Assembly (NCBI GenBank): GCA_002269645.1
Contig: NIVC01001493.1
Location: 124,001 to 188,000 of the forward strand
Reading direction: 5' to 3'
DNA length: 64,000 nt
From: Macrostomum lignano
Lineage: Eukaryota
How positions within the stretch are numbered: position 1 is the first letter of the stretch; every line of letters starts with the position of its first letter. The translations under genes and the position numbers were made by a program. The notes beneath the pieces are model-generated. The model was not told the DNA's origin. It searched no databases and was given only the letters and a program-made list of their open reading frames with translations. Positions 35,951 through 49,110 of this stretch are shown in pieces.

Positions 35951-36498
35951 TTAGTTTCTCTTGGAAAGAAGACTTAGTCTTCTATCTGTGTCCTTGTTTT
36001 TTGCTATTTAAAAAATAAAAAACTGTTATATGTGTACAAGTTGCTTGCTTTCGTTATATATTCAGTTGTCCGTCCAGACCAACAATTGATATCTTTGAAC
36101 CAGAAAATCCGTCCGCTCTATTATTATTCTTGATCTTGAAATATTATTACCCAACTGCCGCAACGGCAGGCTTTTCCTAGCTGCACGCAGCAATGTAAAT
36201 ATTGTTCTCTGCGTATTTTACATCAAATACTTTCTTAATTTCAACTTTGCTATAGTTTCTATTTTTTACGGCGCAGATATTTTATGAGCTAAAATCGAAA
36301 TAAAACAAAATTTTTAGATGTTAAGAAAGCTTCGTTGAATGCGTTTTTTATTTTTTATTAAAAATCTTCATTACACTACTGATTCTAATTTGAACAGTAG
36401 AAAAATGCTAACATTGTTATCTAAATTTTTATACTATTTCTAATCGTTAATTTTTTCAGCCTATAACAGAGAGAAGCTACAAAGCAAAAAAAAACCGC

Positions 36499-39400
36499 AT
36501 GGAAACCATTGACGCAGTCGACATTGAGTCGTCGTCGTCTTTGCCAGCAGTCGCCGATATGGAAACGGAGGAGAACTCTCTGCCAACAGTGGCGGCCGCT
36601 GCCGCAGACGAAGTTGCCGAATTAATTGATACAGGCAACGATTCGCAGTCATCGACAGCGGCGTCGGAAGCGGCTTCCTCCTCCTCCTCATCGACGTCGG
36701 TTTCGGCCGCAGCTGCAGCCGCCTCCGCCGTCGCCGCTAGCGATCCACAGTCCGGCGACGAGGCCGCTCCAGGAGCCGCTGCCGCCGCGCCGGCCCAGGA
36801 TCTGGAGTTTGTATACGCCGATGCCGACGAATATTCGGTTGAAATAGCCGAGCTGTACACCTACACTGAGGAGGCCGACCTGCGGGCTAATCAGGTCGCT
36901 TTTGATCAGCTGTTCGACGAGTTTCATCAGCACGATGAGCAGAAGCAGCAGCAGCATCGCTGGACTAAGCTGGACGATCCATCTAGACGGGCTTTCATCG
37001 AGCGCCTGTTGAACATGCTGGACCTGGGCGGCGGCGGTGTCGGTTCAGAGGATCGGCGCAAACGCCTGTCGGCAGTTCGAGCCCTGCTGTACATTGCGCA
37101 GGGTAATTGGGGAGAATGCGACCTGGAGGAGGACCAGCTCAGGTGGACTCTGCACAATGCTCACCTATTGCTAGTGAGCGGCGCTTATCAAGGTGTCTGC
37201 CAGCTGCTCTGCATGGAGATTGACGCTCCAATGGCTTCGTCGTCTGCTGTGCAAGCTGCTGCGGCCAACTCTGCTGGCGGTTCCGCTGCTGCCGCTGCTG
37301 CTGCGGCCGCCGCCGCCGCTGCTGCCGCCGCTGCTGCCGCTGCTGGTAAGCTGATGCACTATTAGCGCCCATCTCACGTTTGAGATGGTTTAGTCTTGAA
37401 AACTGGTGGGAAACACCAGCATCTCAGCTTAGCTGAAAATCGTCCCTGAGCTTACCCTGAACATCGCCCCTGAACTTACCCTGAACATCGCCCCTGAACT
37501 TACCCTGAACATCGCCCCTGAACTTACCCTGAACATCGCCCCTGAACTTACCCTGAACATCGCCCCTGAACTTACCCTGAACATCGCCCCTGAACTTACC
37601 CTGAACATCGCCCCTGAACTTACCCTGAAAATCGTCCCTGAACTTACCCTAAAATCGCCCCTGAACTTATCCTGAAAATCGTCCCTGAACTTACCCTGTA
37701 AATCGCCCCTGAACTTATCCTGAAAATCGTCCCTGAACTTACCCTGTAAATCGCCCCTGAACTTATCCTGAAAATCGTCCCTGAACTTACCCTGTAAATG
37801 GCCCCTGAACTTACCCTGAAAATCGTCCCTGAGAACTTATCCTAAAATCGCCCCTGAACTTGCCCTGAAAATCGCCTCCTGAGCTGCCCTAAAGTCGCTC
37901 TGGGTTAAACCAAAAAATGCCCCTGAACTACCCCGAAAACCGCCTTTGAACTACCCTGAAAATCGCCACTGAACTGCCCAGAGACGCTGGTATACCTGGC
38001 ATTTATGTAGAATCGCACATCAACTACAGGCGGCAATTATCCAGGCAAAAAGTCGGCATCGGCCGGCGGCCAATCCGGTCCCGGCGGCAGCGGCAGCAGC
38101 ATAACGTTGAACGATTCTACTGAGCTGCGCCTCATGCTCAGCCTGCTGTACATTCTAGTTGAAACTGCGCGCTGCTTTCCGCACGGCGATCACGCCGAAG
38201 GATGGGCCAAGGCTAGGGAGCACCTCATTCAGGAGCTGCAGGTAAGGCGTAATGGGATTTATTTATTTTTTACTTCAATCTTAGCCTAAACTCTATTAAT
38301 AGTTTTCCACCGCTCAACCTCATTCGGCACCCATATCTATCCTACTATATTTTAGCTGCTGTAGCTTCTACCTTAATTAGACATTCACTCATCTAATTTA
38401 TCTATTTACCTCTAATCTAATGAGCCACCCACCTCTGCCCTGATTAGCTAACAACCTCTGACCTAGTTAGCCACCCACCTCTGCCCTAATTAGCCACACA
38501 CATCCGCCCTAATTAGCCACCCACCTCTGCCCTAATTAGCTACCAACCTGTGCCCTAATTAGCCACCCACCTCTGCCCTAATTAGCCACCCACCTCTGCC
38601 CTAATTAGCCACCCACCTCTGCCCTGATTAGCTACCAACCTCTGCCCTAGTTAGCCACTCACCTCTGCCCTAATTAGCCACCCACCTCTGCCCTAATTAG
38701 CCACCCACCTCTGCCCTAATTAGCTACCAACCTCTGCCCTAATTAGCTACCAACCTCTGCCCTAGTTAGCCACCCACCTCTGCCCTAATTAGCCACCCAC
38801 CTCTGCCCTAATTAGCTACCAACCTCTGCCCTAGTTAGCCACCCACCTCTGCCCTAATTAGCCACCCACATGTACTCTAATTATCTGGTTATCAACAGAT
38901 CTCTGCCCCAGTCAGTCACACCTCTGCAACGATCATAGCTAATTATCAATTAAAACATTTCTCTCCCGGCAGGAGCCAATCGTTGGCGAAGACTGCCTGG
39001 CCATCCTCCTATTCAACATGGTGACCAAGTTTTGCAGCAGCGCAGCGCCACACTACCCGATGCGAAAGGTGCTACTGCTATTGTGGAAAGTTGTACTGTT
39101 AACCCTTGGCCCGCTGCCGGAGTTGCACAAGTGCAAGAATGAGCTCAGAGAGCGACACGGCCTGGCGCCAGTCACGGAAGAGACTGCCACAGTGTGCGCC
39201 AGGATGCGAGCCTCCAGCCCGCCAATGTCTGCTGCGGATATGTTCGACCAGATGCCCAGGCGGAGGGCTAGCCGGAAGTCGCTGGCTCCAAAGGATCCGG
39301 TGGCTGGTGAGGCGGAGTCAAGGCCCTACGGATATGACTACTCATATAATGAGCACTGCGAGAATGTCTACATTTCCGTGACAATGAGCAGTCAGATTGA

Positions 39401-42400
39401 CTAGATTTCCGTGACAATGATCAGTGTCAGAATGACTAGATTTCCTTGACAATGAGCACTGTCAGAATGACTAGATTTCCTTGACAATGAGCAGTCAGAA
39501 TGACTAGATTTCCGTGACAATGAGCACTGTCAGAATGACTAGATTTCCTTGACAATGAGCACTGTCAGAATGACTAGATTTCCTTGACAATGAGCAGTCA
39601 GAATGACTAGATTTCCTTGACAATGAGCAGTCAGAATGACTAGATTTCCTTGACAATGAGCAGTCAGAATGACTAGATTTCCTTGACAATGAGCAATGTC
39701 AGAATGACTAGATTTCCTTCACAATGAGCAGTGTCAGAATGACTAGATTTCCTTCACAATGAGCAGTTAGAATGACTAGATTTCCGCGGAAATTTTCTGC
39801 AGGCGAAGATCAGCAGCCAAACCAGCAGCAGCAGCAGCAGCAGAGCCGGCGCAACCAAGCCAGAGGCGATCTGCTTCTGCAACAGCAGCTCCAACAGCAG
39901 CAGCAATCCCGCTGTCTGCACTGGCGTCCGAAAGTGTCCGAACGCGATCTGGAAGCCTACCTGCAACAGGTGCGCGCTAAATTTGTCGGCTTCCGAGTGC
40001 AAGGCGACTTAACCAGCCTTGCCGGCCTCCCAGCCCCCATTCACGAGAGCGTTAAAGTGCTGCGGCAGAATCTCTACGTCAGCCTAGCGGAGATGCAGAT
40101 GCGACAAGAGCGGGACATTGTCAGCTATCCGCTTACTAAGGGCCGAGCTGAGGTAACTTTGTGTGTGTTTGCTTATGTGGGTTTTAGCAGCTTCCTTAAC
40201 TCATGCTGTCACGCGTTACAAACGCTATGAGTGATTCTATAGCATCCCTTGAAGGAATCAGGAACATACAGAAAGGAAAATTAAGCTTTAGAGCTTTAGC
40301 ACCAGGGGCTTTAGCACCAGGAGCTTTAGCACCAGGGGCTTTAGCACCAGGGGCTTTAGCACCAGGGGCTTTAGCACCAGGAGCTTTAGCACCAGGGGCT
40401 TTAGCACCAGGGGCTTTAGCACCAGGGGCTTTAGCACCAGGGGCTTTAGCACCAGGGGCTTTAGCACCAGGGGCTTTAGCACCAGGGGCTTTAGCACCAG
40501 GGGCTTTAGCACCAGGGGCTTTAGCACCAGGGGCTTTAGCACCAGGGGCTTTAGCACCAGGGGCTTTAGCACCAGGGGCGCCAGCAACAGGGGCGCCAGC
40601 ACCAGGGGCGCCAGCACCAGGGGATTTAGCACCAGGGGATTTAGCACCAGGGGATTTAGCACCATGAGCGCCAGCACCAGGGGCTTTAGCACCAAGGGCT
40701 TTAGCACCAAGGGCTTTAGCACCAGGGGCTTTAGCACCAGAGGCTTTAGCACCAGGGGCTTTAGCACCAGAGGCTTTAGCACCAGGGGCTTTAGCACCAA
40801 GAGATTTAGCACCAGGGGCTTTAGCACCAAGGGATTTAGCACCAGGGGGTTTAGCACCATGGGCTTTAGCACCAGCGGCGCCAGCACCTGGGATGCCAGC
40901 AAGTATTACTGGGAGCTCGCATTAAAGAGAACAAGAGGCTTATGATATCGTTGAACTTTATTTTAAGACCTAAATTTCGCTCTAAATTTTCTTACCCAGG
41001 TAATACCTGACACCCCAGCCGAGCACCTCTACCGGCAGATGATGCCGCACATACCGCAGTACATGATCGCCCTACTTAAAGTACTGCTGGCTGCTGCTCC
41101 GACTAGCAAGCCGAAAACTGAGACTATCAATCTGGCATCGGATCTGCTGCCGGCTGCCGACGGCATGCCGCAGACTCTGGTGCAGTCTCTGAGGCTTAGC
41201 GTTGATGTTAATAGGCACAAGGAAGTGATTGTCAAGGCTATTTCGGCTCTGCTGCTGCTGCTGTTGAAGCACTTCAAGGTTTGTTAGCATTTTTGTTGTG
41301 TTTTAGAAGCAGATTTAAGTCGGTTTAGAAGGTGGGATAGGGTAACAGCCCACAACTGAAGATTTGGAGGGTGAAGTGGGGGTAGTGGCCCGCAACTGAA
41401 TATTTGGAGGGTGGGGTGGGGGTATTAGCCCGCAACTGAATATTTGGAGGGTGGGGTGGGGGGTAGCAGCCCACAACTGAATATTTGGAGGGTGAAGTGG
41501 GGGTAGTGGCCCGCAACTGAATATTTGGAGGGTGGGGTGGGGGTATTAGCCCGCAACTGAATATTTGGAGGGTGGGGTGGGGGTAGCAGCCCACAACTGA
41601 ATATTTGGAGGGTGAAGTGGGGGTAGTGGCCCGCAACTGAATATTTGGAGGGTGGGGTGGGGGTAGCAGCCCACAACTGAATATTTTGAGGGTGAAGTGG
41701 GGGTAGTGGCCCGCAACTGAATATTTGGAGGGTGAAGTGGGGGTAGTGGCCCGCAACTGAATATTTGGAGGGTGGGGTGAGGGTATTAGCCCGCAACTGA
41801 ATATTTGGAGGGTGGGTGGGGGTAGCAGCCCACAACTGAATATTTGGAGGGTGAAGTTGGGGTAGTGGCCCGCAACTGAATATTTGGAGGGTGGGGTGGG
41901 GGTAGCAGCCCACAACTGAATATTTGGAGGGTGAAGTGGGGGTAGTGGCCCGCAACTGAATATTTGGAGGGTGGGGTGAGGGTATTAGCCCGCAACTGAA
42001 TATTTGGAGGGTGGGGTGGGGGTAGCAGCCCACAACTGAAGATTTGGAGGGTGAAAGATCGGAGGGTGGGTAGGGGGTAGCAGCCCGTAAATGAAGGATC
42101 GGAGGGTGGGGTGGGAGTAGCAGCCCACAACTGAAAGATTTGAGGGTGGGGTGGGTGTAGCAGCCCACAACTGAAAGATTTGGGTGGGGTGAGTGTAGCA
42201 GCCACAACTGAATATTTGGGTGGGGTGGGGGTAGCAGCCCACAACTGAAGATTTGGAGGGTGTGGTGGGGGTAGCAGCCCACAACTGAATATTTGGGTGG
42301 GGTGGGGGTAGCAGCCCACAACTGAAAGATTTGGGGGTGGGGTGGGGGTAGCAGCCCACAACTGAAAGATTTGGGGGTGGGGTGGGGGTAGCAGCCCACA

Positions 42401-45400
42401 ACTGAATATTTGGGTGGGGTAGGGTGGGTTGGGTGTAGCAGCCCACAACTGAAAGATTGGGAGGGTGGGGTGGGGCAGCAGCGAACCGAAAGCACCCTTT
42501 GGCTTAACACTTCAGTCGTACTAACAATATTGACATTCCCATTCCAGGTAAACCACGTGTACCAATTCGAGTACGTCTCTCAGCACCTGGTGTTCGCCAA
42601 CTGCATCCCGCTAGTGCTGAAATTCTTCAATCAGAACATTCTTAGCTACGTAGAATCGAAGAATAACATTTCTCAGTTAGATTTCCCGGCTTGCGTTGTA
42701 CGCTCGGGCGAGGACTCGATGCTGACTTCGTCTGGCGCTGGCAGCGGCGCTGTCTCGGCTGTGTCTGCAATGTCCGAAGCCGAGGCTCTGGCCCAGGAGC
42801 CCAGCTTTCCGGGCGATTTCTGCTGGCGCAATTTGTTCAGCTGCGTCAATCTGTTGCGCGTGCTGAACAAGCTGACCAAGTGGAAGCACAGCCGGACTAT
42901 GATGCTGGTTGTGTTCAAGTCCGCCCCGATTTTAAAGCGAGCCTTGAAAGTTCGCAATCCGCTGCTGCAGGTGAGCTGTTGTTGGCTCCTGGGAGGGGAC
43001 GTGGGTTCGAATCAAGGACGGCTTAAGTGAAAACAATCTTTTAGTTGGAAGCAGATCGAATGCTCATCGAGAAGAAATCTATTGATTCGAAAATTATTTT
43101 TAACTTTCCAGACTGTGTTTACTCTTGTGAACGACAGTAATGTCTAAATTAGATGAAATTTTAGCTACAATGCCTTGTATGCCTGCTTAACTCGACTGCA
43201 GTGCTTCAGTTCACCCAGCTGTAAGATGGCTGCCAGCATTAGCTGGGGTGACTGAGAGTGTGTGGCGACCCCCCAGTCCTTGGACTGAACAGCCGTACGC
43301 AGCCTTCAGATGCGCCGCGCAATAGCTGCGGCTGAGCTGTCGGTTGCACATCTGCTCATTAGGGCAGGTGTGAATCAGTTATTATTATTATTATTATAAT
43401 CATACGAAAGGTTCTATTACAGAAGAAATTAAATAATTTTGTCATTTTTATAAAGTTAAAACTTTCAGAAATATTTAGCAAAAAGAAACTGAAAAAATTA
43501 ACGTCGTAATAATTAAGAAAACAACATCAAGTCGACTTTCGCTTTGATCTACGGCCTACTGACCAATGCCTCCCTGGGAACTGACTTAGTGAAAACACCT
43601 TTCAAGTTCACGTCAAAGAAAAAGTGACTCGGAAACGCTTTGAAAGAAACTAAGCCACTGGTTTGGGGGACTGATAATTAACAAATTTTAAATTTGAGCT
43701 TGCTGCAGGATCTTAAATATTTAGTTTGCCGAAAACTTTATCGCTCAGGATAGATGAGTATATATAGTTGGTTATGTAAGTAACAAACTGCGAAGCTATG
43801 ATTAACAGCAAGTAGAATTTGGTAGTAGCAATCAACTTCTAGATGCAAAAAGTGCAACTATCTGCTTGTTAGAATGTTCTCTGCAATCAAACAGCCGAGT
43901 AGTCAATGCTCAATTCAGCGTGAGAACTTCTCCCAGTTGGCGTCTGTCTCGATTGCAGCTTCAACAGCCGCGTCTCCGTGTAGAATCTGCCGACAAGCCG
44001 ATGTAGCCTTGTTGAATAAGACAGACTTGCAGACTGGATTGTTGGCGCATAGAAAGGCGCAATGAATCTCACTATGAACAGTCAGTTGCTCGCCGATGCA
44101 TTTGAACGGTGAAACTTCTGGCGGCTTGTTCGTAGGCAGGTCGATCTTGGAAAATACAGTCTTGCTGCTGTAGCCCTGCAGTCCTGGCTCGCAGATGAAG
44201 CCATATTTGGTGCTGCAAATGCCGTCGCAGAGTCTCAGTGGCGAGAAACTATTTTGGCCTAGTAATATCAGACAGTCATCAGTGCTGTCTTTATTGTCTG
44301 GCCTTCCAGTATACCAAAAGTCATTGTTGACAGGCAGCTCTCCATCGTCAGTGCTTATCCAACCAGCCCTAGACTGACCGGTCTCTTTCAACATGTCAGT
44401 GAAGCCTAAATGGTATCTTTCAATGTTGCCGCGTGGACCTAGTTTAGGCTGCAATGCGATTAGAGTGCTTACAGTGCTCAACAACCGGCCGCCAATTGAG
44501 TTGCAGAAGGCTTGAGCATCGCACCAGTTCAAATTTTTATTGCCAGATTGTAGCGGCTTGATGTACAGACAGAATCCATTCTGCATAGTGAAGTTTGCTG
44601 GGCAACTAGTTGCAAAAGACACCTGCACGATAATAAGTTGGAAACTCAAGAGGTTGAGTAGACTGCTCAGCAAAGACGCGTCGACTTTGACGAGCATGAC
44701 GATTCACTTGGTAGATTACGTCGTATTTCTGAGCTTGCTTGGGTGAAAACCGAACGTTGGATGTAGTTAACTGTTTTTTGAAGACTTGAGCATATCTAAA
44801 TAACAGTCCGTATGCAATATGAGAAAATTTGCCAAATGCTATCCGCTTTGTCTGTATTATTTGAAGAAAATCAAGCTGTTTCTAGAGCATAAAACTGAAG
44901 ACAATGATTGACAGCAAGAAAAAAGCCATGACACAATGGCTGTTGTTAATTGGCTATTTTATCTGTGAAACCTGTATTCTGACATTGTCAATGTTTGCCA
45001 ATTAAGTATACAGTACTTTGGATATCTACACGTTTATAATGCTTGCTACAAAAACGACTGCTTGTTAAAATTCAAAGAAATATGGGAACGCCTACAGATG
45101 TATCAAACAGCAGAGCTAAAAGCACAATCGTTTGGCTGCAATGTAACCTATTGTAAGAGGATCAAGCCGCATATTAAAATTAAATACGAAAATTTAAAAA
45201 CCTTGAAGGTACATTTGCCAAATAACTAGGATGAAAAATTACCCTAAACGACTCTTCTCGCTTCTTGGACCATATGAAATATTTAATAATCGATTAAACG
45301 AACTTACCAATGTCCGATCTGTACGGCCTTTGCAGTAAATGTGCTTGCTTTACGGGTTATGTGAAACCATAAATTCTGCACTATGAATAGTGTTAATGGT

Positions 45401-46204
45401 GTTAATTGTTATCGGACCGATGATAAATTAAAACAGCCTTTTAGAGGAATATGATACTTCCTAAACGCATGCGTTAGTCGAAAAATTCTGGCTAAAACAG
45501 AAAACTTTTGAAAAATCATGGAGCTACGAGTATAGATCGATCGAATAAAAAATAGTTGCTCTAGGAATACAGTAACCTGCTAAAATGACAAGCAAGCAAT
45601 TTAAAATAATCTAAGAATTGAAACAGGGAGATACAACAAGGGTCGAATGTAAGCGTTATTGCAATTCTAATGTGAAAAATGCTTTCCTAATAACTGCCCA
45701 CATCAGGTTGGACAGCTATAGGTCTCAGCTTAAGAAAATCTGTCCCAACATAATGATACAACATAGCATTAACAGTTCTCTACAATTTTAATCAAGGTGT
45801 ACGCACTGAAGCTGATCAAAGCGCAGACAAAGTACATGGGCCGGCAGTGGCGCAAGATTAACATGACAACAATGTCGGCAATTTATGAGAAAGTCCGACA
45901 TCGCCTAACAGACGATTGGGCGTTTGCCAACGATCTGGATGCTAGGCCGTGGGATTTTCAAGCCGAAGAATGCTCATTGCGCAGTGCCGTAGATCGGTTC
46001 AATCAGCGCAGGTACTCGGCAACTGGGCCGGCGGCCACTTTGCCAGACACCCTGGCCCCGGTTGACAACAATGTTAGCAGCGTGTTGAGCACCCAGGTGA
46101 CTTTGACAGATCATTTCAAGAGGAATTATCAGCACTGGCTTGAGCAGGAGGTGTTCTCCGCGCCTATTAATTGGGACCTAGTGTTGAGCTCTATGCGTAC
46201 CTGA
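36499..46204 (+). CDS. STRIP1: Striatin-interacting protein (FAM40/Far11, STRIPAK complex), 7 exons, 950 aa
   Basis: Exons 36499-37345, 38030-38241, 38973-39306, 39803-40152, 41000-41278, 42548-42970, 45797-46204 (2853 nt, phase-consistent). Motifs [35 protein letters not shown]|[65 protein letters not shown]. The STRIP1 versus STRIP2 paralog distinction is vertebrate-specific. Confidence 0.95.
37430..37980. repeat. 24-bp minisatellite, STRIP intron 1
   Basis: Unit CCCCTGAACTTACCCTGAACATCG, diverging toward the 3' end. Confidence 0.95.
38420..38880. repeat. 23-bp minisatellite, STRIP intron 2
   Basis: Units CCACCCACCTCTGCCCTAATTAG / CTACCAACCTCTGCCCTAATTAG. Confidence 0.95.
39340..39785. 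repeat. 33-36-bp minisatellite, STRIP intron 3
   Basis: Unit TTTCCTTGACAATGAGCAGTCAGAATGACTAGA; runs up to the acceptor region. Confidence 0.95.
40283..40885. repeat. 15-bp minisatellite, STRIP intron 4
   Basis: Unit GGGGCTTTAGCACCA with GGGGCGCCAGCACCA variants. Confidence 0.97.
41335..42475. repeat. 40-bp G-rich minisatellite, STRIP intron 5
   Basis: Unit TATTTGGAGGGTGGGGTGGGGGTAGCAGCCCACAACTGAA. Confidence 0.96.
43185..43400 (+). mobile_element. 5'-truncated SINE copy with a (TTA)n tail, STRIP intron 6
   Basis: Matches the reverse complement of 10058-10270 (GCTTAACTC...GCTTCAGT...CCCAG...GCCAGCATTAGCTGGGGT...GTCCTTGGACTGAACAGCC...CATCTGCTCATTAGGGCAGGTGT). Confidence 0.85.
43915..44697 (-). 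CDS. Secreted C-type lectin + PAN/apple domain protein, intronless, nested antisense in STRIP intron 6
   Basis: 260-aa ORF: signal peptide, [56 protein letters not shown], then [27 protein letters not shown]. Confidence 0.88.
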   Translation of the reverse strand: MLVKVDASLLSSLLNLLSFQLIIVQVSFATSCPANFTMQNGFCLYIKPLQSGNKNLNWCDAQAFCNSIGGRLLSTVSTLIALQPKLGPRGNIERYHLGFTDMLKETGQSRAGWISTDDGELPVNNDFWYTGRPDNKDSTDDCLILLGQNSFSPLRLCDGICSTKYGFICEPGLQGYSSKTVFSKIDLPTNKPPEVSPFKCIGEQLTVHSEIHCAFLCANNPVCKSVLFNKATSACRQILHGDAAVEAAIETDANWEKFSR

Positions 46205-47131
46205 TGTCGAGGACTTCTAGTATTTTGTTTATAGTTGAATTATTCAGACTGCACTGGCTTATTTGTTTATTTTTTATGTATCACAGTAATGCTATGCTGT
46301 AGCGTAAATCGCGTTGTTGACTAATCAATTTTTGTATCAAATGTGGAGTTAACTTTAGCTAATCATTATATAAAGCATGTTTTGGAGGGTTAAATACGGA
46401 GTAGTTAAATAGAAAGCATGAAAGCATTAGTAGTAGTGTATGCTTGTATCTGACAAGTTTAGGTTTACAAAAACAAATTTGTTTATTAAAAATTTACAAG
46501 CGTTATATATTAGTTTGCTAGGATTTTGAGTAAATTCCATGCCTGTGCTGACTAACCGCTTATAATAACTGTTCACTTATTCAAATGCGTGCCTCTTAAA
46601 CTTCGCTTATTTATATTTGCGCGACTGTCAAATAATTCAAGTGCTTCTCAATAACTTATTAATAATACAAGCTCCTAGTTTTGTTTTCATTTTTTTCTGT
46701 TTCATCACGCTTTTTTTAATTTGTACGTTTCAATGCTAAAATGCGCTTTATTCTACTATACAGTAGTGAGAAATTGCTATATAGAGAGTGCAAGTGTAAT
46801 ATTGGTGAATTAGTTCTATGATAATCTATCACCTCTCGCGTGCATGCTGGCTAATAAATATTTATACAAACCCGCTGTCCTCTAAATTTTATTTCACCAT
46901 TGAATTCAGTTTGCAAATAAAATGTCGTCTTCGGTTTATTTAGATTTTTTATGTTTATGGGGTTCATAGTAGGAATTATAGATTTTTCTATTGCAATGGA
47001 ACTTTTTTAAATAAGACGAGAACTTCAGGTGGACCATTTTTGAACTTTTGTGACCCACCAGGCTTCAGGGATCTTAGGCCTAGGAGATGCATTCAGGGCT
47101 AAGGTGCCAGGCGCTCATCGTGCTCAAGCTG

Positions 47132-47134
<3 letters not shown>

Positions 47135-47209
<75 letters not shown>

Positions 47210-47332
47210 AACACAGCAACAACACTAACAACAGCACTACAACATCAGCAGCAACATTAATAGCAGCAACAACATTAACAACAACATTAACAACAACATT
47301 AACAGCAACATCAACAACAACAACAACAACAA
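47135..47332. repeat. (CT)n microsatellite followed by an (AAC/AGC)n low-complexity tract
   Basis: CT run 47135-47204, then CAA-rich repeats. Confidence 0.93.
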
Positions 47333-47473
47333 TTTTTGTTTGTCTTCATTTAGCTACTTTAAGCAGAAACCTAAGTAAATTTTAGTTTTTTGCATGTTTT
47401 ATTTCAAAAATCATTTTTCTATTTTTTTAATTCCAGCTTTCATATTAACAAACAAACAAAGTTGGCAGTCAGC

Positions 47474-47791
47474 ATGGGCGGAGACTCTCACGGTCACGGT
47501 ACTAAATGGATACCACCAGATTGGCGCCAATACAAAATCCAAGACGCGCCCAGAGTTCAACAGCACGTTGACAGGCTAGCCGCTATAGGCCTGAAAGATC
47601 CTTGGGCTCGCAACGAAGTTTGGCGCTATCACTCCGAGTTTTATAAGCCGCCAAATCGTTGGATTATGTGGTTAATCACCCGCGGTGCTCCCTACGGTAT
47701 CGCCGCCTTTGGCACTGTCATCGTATTGGAGAAATTGTACGGCTATGTGAATAGAAAGCACGGGCACGATGGGCATGCCAAGCATCACTAA
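47474..47791 (+). CDS. NDUFB3: NADH dehydrogenase (ubiquinone) 1 beta subcomplex subunit 3 (B12), intronless, 105 aa
   Basis: His-rich N-terminus, PDWRQYKI, LAAIGLKDPWARNEVWRY, single TM helix. Confidence 0.93.
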   Translation: MGGDSHGHGTKWIPPDWRQYKIQDAPRVQQHVDRLAAIGLKDPWARNEVWRYHSEFYKPPNRWIMWLITRGAPYGIAAFGTVIVLEKLYGYVNRKHGHDGHAKHH

Positions 47792-48224
47792 CCATTGATT
47801 GTGACGTTTTCGGATTCTGTTCGTCTGCTGTAAATTTGAGTAGTTAGTCTATATATCTAACTAATTTTAGATTGGCAAACAAAATAACAGAAAAACTCGA
47901 GCTAATACTACTAACTTAGATCGATAGTAGTAGTAGTAGTAGTACTAGTTTAGTAAAAAATTGTCTCCTTTGTTAGCTTTTTAAATTTCACAACAATATA
48001 CGAGCTATATATAATATGCTATAGAAGAGACTAATGCAGTCAATTTAGCAGTTTTCTTCAAGCCTTACAAACTGTTTTGTGTTGCTTTATTTATTGCTTC
48101 GGAGCTTATTCCCATCGTTTAGAATTCTCAGTGGCATACTATGGGATAGATTTTTTTCGGAGCTATCATATAGCCTTTTATAGTTCTCCCATTATTCCTT
48201 ATGCTTTCCTATGGTCCCCTATGA

Positions 48225-48880
48225 ATTTCGATGGTGTCTCCTATAAATTCCTTTGGTCTCCTATGAATCCTTATAGTCTCCTATGGTCTCCTATGGATCC
48301 ATATAGCCTTCTATGGGTTCCTATGGTCTCTGATGAATCCATATAGTCTCCTATGGGTTCCTATGGTCTCCTATGAATCCATATAGTCTCCTATGGTCTC
48401 CTATGGATCCATATAGCCTTCTATGGGTTCCTATGGTCTCTGATGAATCCATATAGTCTCCTATGGGTTCCTATGGTCTCCTATGAATCCATATAGTCTC
48501 CTATGGTCTCCTATGGATCCATATAGCCTTCTATGGGTTCCTATGGTCTCTGATGAATCCATATAGTCTCCTATGGGTTCCTATGGTCTCCTATGAATCC
48601 ATATAGTCTCCTATGGGTTCCTTTGGTCTCCTATGAATCCATATAGTCTCCTATGGGTTCCTATGGTCTCCTATGAATCCATATAGTCTCCTATGGGTTC
48701 CTTTGGTCTCCTATGAATCCATATAGTCTCCTATGGGTTCCTTTGGTCTCCTATGAATCCATATAGTCTCCTATGGGTTCCTATGGTCTCCTATGAATCC
48801 ATATAGTCTCCTATGGGTTCCTATGGTCTCCTATGAATCCATATAGCCTTCTATGGGTTCCTATGGTCTCCTATGGATTC
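48225..48880. repeat. 10-bp-monomer satellite with 40-bp and 110-bp higher-order periods
   Basis: ATATAGTCTC CTATGGGTTC CTATGGTCTC CTATGAATCC; 110-bp blocks begin at 48301, 48411 and 48521. Confidence 0.95.
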
Positions 48881-49110
48881 TTTTTGATTCCTGTGGACTT
48901 CTACAAACTCCTAAAGGCTCCTATGGATTCTTGTGGTCTCTTTTGGTCTCTTATGGAGTGTTAAATAGATCCATGTGGATTTCTCATTCAGCCCTCTTTG
49001 AAAATTAAATTTTCAAATGTTGCTAGTCTCATGGTGGTTTTTTTTTATTTTAACTTCGAATTTGCAACTCTGTCGTTAGTTGGACTCACTGAATTTTTGT
49101 TTTTGTCGTC

